Assembly: GCA_051294375.1 (NCBI GenBank)
Contig: CM119265.1
Coordinates: 20,804,221 to 20,868,220 of the forward strand
Direction: 5' to 3'
DNA length: 64,000 nucleotides
Origin: Paraspadella gotoi
Taxonomy: Eukaryota > Animalia > Chaetognatha
Shown one piece after another: positions 11,801 to 23,000 of the stretch. Below the pieces are notes generated by a model that was not told the origin of the DNA, did no database searches, and saw only the letters and a program-made list of their open reading frames with translations. The position numbers and the translations under genes were made by a program. The number at the start of each line of letters is the position of its first letter. Positions within the stretch are counted from its first letter, which is position 1.

Positions 11801-13100
11801 CTTTTTTTCTCTCCTCTATCATTTTTTCAATTTGGTTCCAGGCGGTTAACCACCGAGCTTTATTTGCTTTTTCTTTTGATAAAGTTGTATCTGTTTTTAT
11901 CAGCATTATTCCGTTTAGTTTTTTAACATTTTGATCTAAATTGTTAATCAGTTCAGATTTGTTACCAATTGTGTCATTTTCTTGAATTATTTGTTGTTTC
12001 AAATTATCAATTAGATTTATATATTGATGATTTTGAATCTTCATACGTAGCATTTCAGTTAAAATGTGGGATATTGCCTCAGATATTTTTTCCAGATCAC
12101 CTTCTTTTAAAGTTTTCTTTAAGCTTTTTTTCAATTCTTCTAAATATTCTTTTATATCAACTAATTTTAACATTGCTTCCTTGTGTGTGTTTTTTTTATT
12201 TTCTTTTATTTGACCCTTCGGGTTTTTTTCTTTATTTTTAGGAATCTTTGTAACATCTTCTGCCTGTTTTGCGAACGCATTGTTGATTGTTTTAATTTTC
12301 GATTGAATATCTAAGCGATTTTGCAGATGATTGTCAAGCTGGGCTTGTGTTTCGTTCAACTGTTTTTCTTTTAATTCTGATATTGTGTTGATTTTAATTT
12401 TAAGATCTCCGATGGATTCTCGGACCTTTTGAATACTTCTTAGCTTATTTTTCTGTAACTTTTTTTCTTCTTTTTGAAAATTTTTTTTTTTATGTTTACT
12501 TTTTGTATCTTTCAACTGTTCTAATTTGTGAACTTTATTTTTTAATTTTGACTGAAGTTTCATTTTCTTTTCTGCCAGCTTATTATTTTTGTCATCATTA
12601 AGCTTACTCTTTAAACTTTCTATAATCTTTTCCTCTTTAATAAGTTGTTCTTTTGCTTGTTTTAGCTCTTCTTGTAACAATAGATAAGCAAATTTTTTCA
12701 ATTCAACCGAACTGAAACAACAAATATTAGCTTATTCAGTTATTTCTATGATTGTACTCGCTTGATACTTGATATAGTCGCTAGATTTTAAGATTTTGTT
12801 AAAAATCAAATTATGAAGTTGGTAATAACCATTTTAATCATATGGTATGGCAACGGCTTAATTTTTCAATTTTCTTAGACTGGTAGAATGAACCTTTCAA
12901 CAAGTTCTTTACCTTCTGGAAGTCTTTTCTTTGTTTGGAGTGCTTGCAAGTATTCCTGATTGAAAAGTGTAATGAATTAATTAGGGAAGTTCACTATTCT
13001 TTGTCATAAAGTAATAAATGTCATTACCATGTTGTCGAATGGGGTTTTCATCGGTTAAAGCAAAGAGGTAAACAATTGGCAAAATCGTTTTAACAATCAT
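5828..13100 (-). CDS. 1869-aa putative secreted protein: weak signal peptide, ~800-aa coiled coil, divergent pentraxin/LamG-like domain, ~17 acidic ~30-aa repeats, charged C-terminus
   Basis: Nine phase-consistent GT-AG exons: 13100-13028, 12955-12913, 12711-9519, 9452-9245, 9177-9039, 8922-8730, 7962-7427, 7204-6898, 6745-5828 (total 5610 nt). These join track ORFs 9465..12701, 9231..9446, 8724..8945, 7351..7872 and 5828..6745. N-terminus MIVKTILPIVYLFALT. Pentraxin-like motifs LSVCL, IFSL, LFCF, FFVN, GIVFILG, GFEGTIYDVSVWS. Minus-strand AATAAA at 5786-5791. Confidence 0.8.
8235..8464 (-). mobile_element. tRNA-cassette-bearing short interspersed element, family A, copy 1
   Basis: Highly similar to 39632-39860 in the opposite orientation. 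tRNA-like part with A box (TGGTGCAGGAGG) and B box (GGTTCTAGCCC). Terminal hairpin GGTGGA...TCCACC. Flanked by the direct repeat ATAATATT (8227-8234 and 8465-8472). Confidence 0.75.
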
Positions 13101-13526
13101 GGTTGATCCCAAAATATCATTTCAATATGCTTAACATAGCACAGAAGGATTTTTGTTTTACTCTGTGATAATGTTTGTAGTTCATTTATATATGTATATA
13201 CTTTATAAGGATATAGGATTTTAGGTCATTCGTCAAATATCATCTGACAGCGTTCATTCTTATGCTATTTCACTTAAAAGCGGGCGTAACACAAATCCTT
13301 CCGTTTATTTGGCAGATTTCCAGATCTACGAGATATTTAAAAATAGGCTATGAACAAAACGCGTAGTCTGAATTCGTTCGGCCAAAATCTACGGCGTTAT
13401 TTTTCCATTCTTTTCCGCTTCGGATTTACCACTCTTAAATATCATCAATGCGCATAAGAGACAGATTGATAGAGCTTTTTATTTAAGTTCTAAATTCTAT
13501 ATTTCTTGTTTTCCCCCCTCTTCCAG

Positions 13527-15045
13527 CGCCATCAAACAAGTTTTTTATCAACTTGGACTTCAAGGAGTTGGAGACGGAATGTTCCTACGACTTTGTCTTC
13601 GTCCACGACGGGGACTCCTACGAGTCTCCGATTCTGGGCTCCTTCAGCGGCAACAAGCTGCCCTCCCGTCCCCTCGTTGCCACATCGGGTCACGTGAGTG
13701 ATTTCCTTTCTATTTAAAGTACTATCTCCCGCGTTGCGCTCAATTTCTCAACGTTGAATCCCCGCCATTTTTTTCAGATGCTGGTGTTGCTATACAGCGA
13801 TACAAATTTCGCTATGAAAGGCTTCCGTGCCGAATATTCCATCACTCATTGTCCCCTTAACTGCAGCGGCAACGGTCGATGTATAGAGTGAGTTTTCTAT
13901 CTTTTTCTATCTCCCGAATTATATAACAAACAATCCCCTCCTTCCCCATTAACAGCGGAACCTGCATTTGCGTGGGATCTGATTGGATAGGCAATGACTG
14001 TTCGACGCCAATGTGCCCGGCGCAATGCCATCAGTCGCTCGGTAACGGGGAATGTTCCACGGTTTCTAAAGGCTGCCAGTGCGCGGACGGCTTCATCGGA
14101 GATTCCTGCGCCTTGCAACTTAATTCGAGTCAGTGTGTTTTCGTCGCTTTGTCTTTCGAATTCTTTTCTGTTGCGCATGCGATCGTTATCTTTTCTTTTC
14201 TTTTCGATAGACAACTGCTCTTGGACACTGGTCAGTTCAGGGCACCCCCACTTCCCACCCCGGGCTGGTCACACTTCCGTGTACGTAAAGTCCGAAGACA
14301 CTGTCATCACCTTCGGTGGCCGAGACCTCAACACTGTCTTCAATGATCTCATATATCTCGAACTTTCCAAAGGCAACGACGGATGGTTGAGGAAACGTCC
14401 TGAGTGAGTAAAACAGTCGTGGTCGATCGTTCAATCGTTGCATATGGGTGTTCAATAATTTTAAGGTTGCTTCATTACTTGCTAGCTCCTTGACTTGGCC
14501 TCCCTCTCGTTCGAGACACTCCATGACACAATTGGGCGACTATCTCTTCGTCTTTGGCGGAACTCTGAAGGACAATTCCGTCGACGGTGTCCTATGGGTC
14601 TGGGACCTTAAGCTGCAAGTTTGGCACATCCTCGCGTGCCTCGACGGGCCGGAAGCTTGTCCGAGTGGCGTCAGCGATCACACAGCGACCAAAGTGGGCG
14701 ACAATAGGATTTATTTTATCGGTGAGAGGCAGAATATATGAAGTTCACTTGTAATTTACAGCTTACGCATCCATCCTTTTTATCGTCGCAATCGCTTGCN
14801 NNNNNNNNNCAGAATATATGAAGTACACTTGTAATTTACAGCTTACTCACGCATCCACCCTTTTTACGTCGCAATCGCTTGCTTGTTTTTTAGCTATAGT
14901 AGTTATTTATTTATGTATACATTTAGCCAAGTTTGTTATTTATAAAACTTAGTTTTCCTGTATCAAATTTTTTATAGTATCAAAGTTTGTCATGGGTCCA
15001 GATGTTTTCTATGCGAATGCGACGATCCTTTTAAGATTTTTTTTC

Positions 15046-15112
<67 letters not shown>

Positions 15113-17024
15113 GTTACTGGTTGAACGCTGGTTTCCTTTCATTTTAGGTGGTCGAACGTCAGAGGATCAGTTCAATCCATTCGTACACAAACTCACTGTT
15201 GAATCCGCGACATCGGGCTCCCCGCCTCAAGTAACATGGGAGAAGGTCAACGTCGTTGGCGGGAAAGTCTACGATCAAAGGGTGGCCGGACATTCTGCCG
15301 TTTACCACCAGGTTTGTTGAAAAGTTTTGACGCTTACCCCCTAAGTTGTTGGAAGCTTGACTTGATATTGGGCAATGGGCATGCTCCTATTTCGGATAAT
15401 TTCCTGTTTGCCGTTGATCGTCAGGAGTCGGAATCGATCGTCGTCTTCGGCGGATTTCGTCCCAAATCCGCTCGGTTCACCGACAGATCATCGGAGATGT
15501 TTGTCTTCAACACTAAGCAGCATTACTGGAGTTCCATCACTAACAATTTCGACGACGAGTCCGCCAAACTCCCGTCGAGAGCTTACCATTCCGCAGTCAT
15601 TCTAGGTTAGACTTAGAGAAGTTCGGAATTCCCCATAATCCTCGTGTTATTTTCCCTGCGCCAATTTATTCCCTCATCTTCTGCAGGAAACTTTATCGTT
15701 GTTTACGGCGGAAACGTTCACAAGCACAACGAGAAAAACATGGAGCACTGTTACGATCAAGAGCTTTATGTCTACCATTATGGTTGCAACACCTGGGGTC
15801 GCCTCGAAGACTTAGAGGTAAGGAGGCAAAGATTTTCGCATGGTGATTTTTTTTCCCTTTAAAGTGATTAAATTATTTCAGATGAAAAAAATAAAATTAA
15901 AATCTCGATGATCATCCTCCATCGAACAGGTTTTGGGGAAAACGTCGCAGTGTCTCCAGTACTTAAGCATAAGCAACTCTCAGAAACTGAGGTTGATCCG
16001 ATCGGCACCCCCCGGGTCCTTCTCCCAGTCGATGGTCGTCGTCAGGGGCAACATCCTTCTCATCATCGCCGGCTACGCGGGAACTATGAGCAACGAGGTC
16101 TACGCCTACACGGCCCCGCCTTCTCTCGCGCTCAATTTCGTGAGTAAAATTCAACATTTTGTTTTAACGAGCTGTTTTCATTGTATTTACATTGTATAAT
16201 GTTAGTTAAAGTATTGTAATTTTTCCCCTCCTCGAAATGTAGAACTCCAAATTTCGCATTTCCGGCGTTCCCGACTCCAACGCCATGTGTCACGCTTTGG
16301 GAACCTCTCGTCAGTATTGTCTCATGAACCCTGAGTGTGGCTGGTGTTTCGGTGAAAACATCGCGACCTGTATGCATTGGACTCAGAAACTCCGATGCAG
16401 GTAATCGGAGCGACTTAAATCATTAATTTTCTCACGTTGAATTTTTAAATAACCCTTACCAATGTTCTCCACGACAGACAACAGAGCGGCGACTTCACCC
16501 GGGAACAGTGTCGTGGCATCTGCTCAGCTTATCACGACTGTTATTCGTGCGTCGTTCACGGAGCCGCCTCCTGCGCCTGGTGCGTCAAGGACGCCGAGTG
16601 CCAACCAGAAGGTAGTCCCCCGTAGGACGAGTGCCTTTCAAGTCAAGTAAAGTGTTTAACAAGATGTGAGGCAAAATGATCTTTTCTTTTTCAACGATTG
16701 TTTCTCAATTTCTCATTTATCCCGTCTTAGACTCGCCTTCCGGTCTCTGCTCAACCGGAATATCCCCGGCCGATGTTGAAGGGTGGTGGGGCGGACGCTC
16801 GCTGTCCCTCACCCAAGTGAATCAGTGCCAGACGCACGACCGACCCGCCGGACTCCATTGGATCCACTTTCGCCATCCTCGAGACGAGACTAACCCCGAC
16901 GGCGTCGAGATCATCCGGGAGACCAAAGTCGCCTTCGATACAAAGTCCAGTCCGCAGAGGGAAAAAGATTCGGCAGATACGGTGTGAAGATTCTTCGTTC
17001 TTCATCACTTTTTTCCCTTCTGTG

Positions 17025-17086
<62 letters not shown>

Positions 17087-20000
17087 TTCTCTTTCTCTCT
17101 TTTTTTCTCTTTCTCTCTCTCTGTCTTTCATTCTTTCCTTTTCTTTCTTTATTTTTTATTTCAGTTTCCTTTCATAAAATAATTTTCGATCGATAGATTT
17201 ATTACTGGACGGAGATGCGTGGATGGATCCACCCTTTGGGGGCGAAACCCGACGGCGACGGTCAGCCTCCCAAACTCTCCCTCACCGTTGTTGGCGCCGC
17301 CACAGAACTTAAATTGGGTGTCACTCCTAATTACAAGACGCCAATGGTAAGTGTGTCTTTTAAATAAAACCTTACATCATCTTTTACGTATTGCTTCAAA
17401 TTACGTATTAAAGAAAATTAATTTTTGTTAGAATTTTTCTCCCTTAATAAATGAAATTTTTCCCAACACGGCAAATGTGGTTAATTAGATTGATGATATG
17501 CGTTAATAATGTCAGGTGTTGTGATTATTATTTGAAAAGCTTTTTCCGGCGCCGTCCGTTGCAAGATGTTCCGATAATGCCCATCAGGGGGCGTTGTGCG
17601 CTTCAAAAACTCAGCAGCAAGGAGAACGCGACTATGTTGAAGAAGTTGAGGCAGAGGACGCTGAAGACGTTGAAAAAGCTTCCGGTCGAGTTGGCAATTG
17701 TGGGCTGGGGTTCCGACGGCGATCGATCCACTTCCAGATTCTCCTTTGGGAGAGTAACAGTGAAAACTTTGAAAGAGAAGCTAAATATCCAGTCTTGAAA
17801 TTTCTTATCTGGGTCAAACCTCTTTTTGAATGATCTCCTCCCCGTTGCTCTTTTTGTCTTCTTTTTCTACGACGTCTTTCTTGGCGATTTCTCCGTTGAT
17901 GTTCAAGATATTTTTTTTCATTCCTCTGTCGACGACCTGACGACCAAATTTTAAAAGAAAAAAAAATTTTCTTTTCTTCCTCCTTCGTCCTCACCGTCTC
18001 CTTATCCTTCTTCTCGAAAGTTTCGTCGGTGTGCTTCTCGAACTTTTTTATTTTTGGGTCGGCCTCCTCGGGTTCTTTCCCTTCGGCCTGCGCCATCTTG
18101 CGGAAGTGCTTTAGTCCTAGGTTCGCGTAATACTTCATCATCTTTTCATCGTCCAGTTTCGCCGGCAACTTGTGAGCAAGCTCATCTTCAGCCGCCTGGA
18201 GGGCGTCTTGCAAACCGCTCCTCATCTCGTGGGGCATGTTGTTTTCGTGCGAGGTTTCCTCTTGCCTTTCCCGTTGTCGATATGCGTGAACGATTTCTTT
18301 TGTCTGAAAATTTGTTTAAAAAATTTTTCTGGCCGCTCGTTATTTTTTGCCTCGTTCTCTCTCACCTGTTGCAGCAAATCCGTAAGGCTTTGCTTGAGGT
18401 TACCCTGTCCTTGTATTTCGCCTTTCGAAATCCGACCGCACAACGCCACCGCCATCACCGTCAAAAATACCGCGCGAATCATTTCCGCAGAGCGAGCTCT
18501 TTTGGCTCTCCCCAAAGAATTTTTCCACCTACGAATATTTTTTCCGGTATTCGCCCTTTCTTGAGATTTCTAAGAAGGGCTTTTGAAATAACATGGAATT
18601 GCATTGGTATCGCTCACGAATAGTCATTATTTTTCACTAAATTTTAAAAAAACCAAATGAAATAAGCACCTTTTTTTCTTTTTTTTTTCTAAATGTACAA
18701 TGTTTACCTTTATGACCTTGTTCAATGTTCAATGTTCCAGGAGCTGCTTTTTACCCAAAATTTGCAAGTGGTTCGTGATCCGAAAAAAATCCCTACACGC
18801 CCGGAATCCAAAGGCCCTATATTTCCCGCCACGGCTCGCGGGAATCGGTATTCCATCAACCTAGAGGCTAAACAGCCCGTCCGATCGGACAGTGCCAAGA
18901 GGGATGCTGACTTAGAGCTTGAGTGGAACGGCGATCGAACTGGCCTTTATACGGTAACTCTTCATTTTTAACTTATTACATAAGAAAATTGTTTGCTGTT
19001 TAGTAATTTTGTTTTATTATCCATAGCCATTTAGTGCCGAATACTTGGAGCCTTTTTCCGACTCTAACTGCGTTGACCACTCGACTTGCCTCGCTTGTTT
19101 GACCAACGCTCTTTGTGGGTGGTGCCCTCTCTCTCGCACCTGCTTCGTCCGTACCGACCGTAGCGTACTCTGCAGCGCCCATTCCGAAAACAAAACTCAC
19201 CTACTTGTCACAGATCCCAAAGATTGCAGCATTTGCCAGGACTACATTAATTGCGGCGGTTGGTATACTTTTGAATGTATTTTTTCCCTTTTTTCTTTTT
19301 CTTTCCTTACTGACTTTTCAATCTTTCCTTCCTTCAGACTGCACTTCAGATTCTTCCTGCGAGTGGTTGCCCGACGAAGCCTACTGCCTTCGACGCGGTC
19401 GCTTTCCCTCGGCCACGGTCACGTCGCCGTCCAACTGTTCGTTACCGTGCCATGAGCGAAACTCTTGCGCCGACTGCGTCGAGGTTCGCGCTCGTTTTGG
19501 AACGAATGTTTGACTTTTCCGTTTGACTGTTCGTTTTTTATGTTTTTAACCAATCCGGCAGATGGAGAAGAACGAATGCGTCTGGTGCGACTCTCTCGGC
19601 GCCTGCTTTCCTTTTCATATGTACACCGCGCGATTCGCCTACGGCCAGTGTCAGAGCTGGAAGGATTCGCAGACATGGTGAGAGCTAGATTGACTAATTT
19701 TTTTGAAAACTAAATTTAATACAAATTATTATTTCTTTTATTTATCTTCTCAGGTCTTACTCCGAGAGCGGCCACGTGCCAGTCTCAGTTAAAGAAAACG
19801 CGGACGAGAACCACTGTCGCGCCTGCGAACTGGTAACCACCTGTAAAGAGTGCCTCGCCTTCTTCACTTGCGGTTGGTGCGGCAACGACAATAACCCCAA
19901 CAACGGGGTCTGCGTTCGCGGGGACTTTGCCGGACCCAAGTCCGGGCGGTCGTGCGTCGATATCGTCGGAGAAAAGTACGATATTTTGAAAGAAAAGAAG

Positions 20001-23000
20001 GCCTCTTGGTCGTACGCGGGTGAGTGTTCCTGCTCTGCATCATTTCCTTTCCTGAATATTTCTTCCTCTACCAACCCGTTCCTCCTTCCCTTCCACAGAA
20101 TGCCCCGATGTGGAAGAGTGTCGCTTGGGTTTGGACGACTGCCACCCTAACGCCACCTGTAGCAACACCCGCCACGGATTCAATTGCACCTGTGACAGGG
20201 GATTCGCCGGTGATGGGAAGGAAAAGTGCGACAAAACTTGCTACTACGACTGTCTCCATGGCAACTGCTCCAACGCTCCGCTCTTCGAGTGCGTTTGCGA
20301 CGTCGGCTGGACCGGTTAGTATTTCTTTACCTTGTTTTCCCTCTGAATTTTCATTAAGTCATCTTCTTTTCGTGGTCATTTTATTAAGGCGATTCTTGCG
20401 AGCTGGATTGCGGATGCCACAACCACAGCACCTGCAATCGGGTATTAAATGTTCATTTGTATAGTTATTTAAATTAGAATTGTCGATTCTCGAAAAAAAC
20501 CTTCCTTCATTGTGGACTTTCAGAGCATCGGTACATGTGACCTTTGCCTACATCACACCACCGGCGATCACTGCGAACTCTGTATGCCCGGATCGTACGG
20601 AGACGCCACTGACCCCCATATGGGCTGCCGTCGTTGCAACTGCAACGGTCACCAAATCGAGGCAGAAAACTTTTGCGATCAACGAACGGGGCATTGTTTT
20701 TGCAAAGATAACACGAAGGGTAATTAACTCTTTTCAACTAGTCATTTGACACTAAACACTTTACACTGTACTCTTCCGATCCGTTCGTTTCCAGGTCCCC
20801 ATTGTAACGAGTGCAAAGAGGGATTTTACGGAGACCCTCGTGACGGCGGCCTTTGCTATCACGAGTGCGCTGGTCGCGTTCGACTCACCAACATTTCTAC
20901 CGGCGCTCTGGGCAGCGGTCGAGACGCCGCTGCCGCTGCGGTTGCTGTCTCCGTAGACGAAGATTTTCCCGTGGCTGAACCAGCCTACTGTCTCTGGATT
21001 CTCACTGTCTATGATTCCATTACCGACGCGCCCGCCGAGGTCAGCATTCGATAATCAGTCCCTGAGAATTACTTGATTTTTTTTTCAAAACCGTTTATGA
21101 AATATTTTGAATTTTATTTAACGTGTACGAACATTTTTTGATGGCAGGCTGCGAACGCCACGATCGCCTTCACCATCACCGACATCAACACCATCTGTGA
21201 CAAGGATTTCGTTTACGTTTACGACGGTATTCCTAATTTCATGCAGCATCAATACAACAAGGACAGAAGCATAGATTACAAATTGTTGGGTGAGCCGAAT
21301 TACTGGACATAGTCTTGCATTTTAACCAATTCGCGAGTTTTTTTTCAGGTGCTTTTTGCGGGTCAAACCAAGTATCGTCTTTGACGGTGAGTGGGACATC
21401 CGGCTATCTCACGATTTATTTCGAGGCCAACGTAGGATACACCCCGAGAACGGGCTTTAACGCTACGTTTCAAGTGCACAGGTGATTGCTGCGCTGCGGT
21501 TCTGTCATCCGCTTTTATTCCTCGTTGCTTTTCTTTATTTTCCCTTTATTCAACAGATGTCCTCATTTGTGCACCGACAATTGGAACTGTGATTCTGACA
21601 TGAAAAAGTAAGTCAACAATATGGCTTGACGACTTGGTTATTTTGGTTAAAAAGAAATTAAAATAACTATACTACTTACTAACTTGACTGTTTCTTAACT
21701 TTAACGTTTGTTTGACGACTTCTCGTCTTCCCAGATGCGTTTGCCGCAAAGGCTACACTGGCATTAACTGTGATATTCCCGCCTGTCCGGGCGACTGCTC
21801 TTCTAATGGCGTCTGCGATGAGGACAGCGGCTTCTGCCTTTGTCATCCGGGATTCGTTGGTCGAGGTTGCAACATATCGCGTGAGTTTTCTATTCACATC
21901 GAAAGAATTTAGAACTATTTTCAGAACAAGGAGGATGTGGCGTTATCCTAATAACTTTTCTCCGTTTACCAACAGTTTCTTCCTCGTCTATCGCCATCGA
22001 GCTGATGCCTCCCTTTCCCCTCCCGATCTTCCATCCTACTCCGCCCCCTTTGGAGCTCCCCTCCCTTCGCCGCTCCTTCCCCTCGCCCACCGCCGGTGAC
22101 CTCTCCAGGATGGGTCATATCCTGGTTAGCTGCAAACCGGAATACCTGTGGATGTATGGAGGTTACAATCTCAATTTCGGTGAGCATTGTGGCGGAATGA
22201 TCACAGAGGGAAACACTGAAACGCTAAAATGCACTGAGAATCGAGATCGATCGTTTATTCCTTTAGGAATCCTGAACGACACCGTGCGTTATGATCTGGT
22301 GTCGCGGAGTTGGACGCCGATCGTCTCCTCGCGTCCCGTCGCTCCGGACTCGCCCGCCTCCGTCGGCCGCTACTTTCATGCCGGCGTTTGCGTCCCTAGG
22401 GAGAACAGTATCTACCTTTACGGCGGGATGGCGCTCGCAGGTTAGTTTCTTTTTTTCTTTCTTTTCTTTATTTTTTATTTTCCTTTTTTTTTCTTTATTT
22501 CCTTTCTTTCATTTATCCTCGATTTCTTTTTTTCTTTTTATCTTTCTCTTTACATTTCTTTCTTTTTTTTTCTCGTTTTAATTTTTTCTTTATTATTCTT
22601 TACTTGATTCTCATTTATCTCTTTTTCTCTTATTTATATTCTTCTCCAAAACCCCGCAGGAAAAAGAAGCACCACCGGCCCCGAGGTCATCGACGAATTT
22701 TGGAGGTTGAATCTCGATCTACAGGTGATGATTTTCCTCGGTTTCTCTTTTTTTGGACGACAAATGACTTTGATCGATTCTATTCCCATCGTCTCAGGTT
22801 TGGCAGCGGATGGAATCGACGCCGCCGCCGCTCGCAGGCCACACCCTCACTCTGGTCGGCACCCACGTCGTCCTCATCGGCGGCTTCTCGCCTTACAACA
22901 CCTTCAGCACGGGCGTTTACGTCTACGACCTCGACCACGCCTCGTGGAGCGTCCAAGTTGTGGAAGGTTCGAAACCCACAGGTATGCGCTTTTTTCGTGT

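Noticed and set aside
9465-12701. Stand-alone intronless (bacterial/viral-like) SMC- or myosin-like gene
   Set aside because: It has a TTG pseudo-start and is bounded by good splice sites in phase with flanking exons. No Walker A or motor motifs are present.
14730-14885. Short direct duplication around the gap at 14800-14809
   Set aside because: The same ~70 bp appears on both sides of the Ns, so it is a scaffolding overlap artefact.
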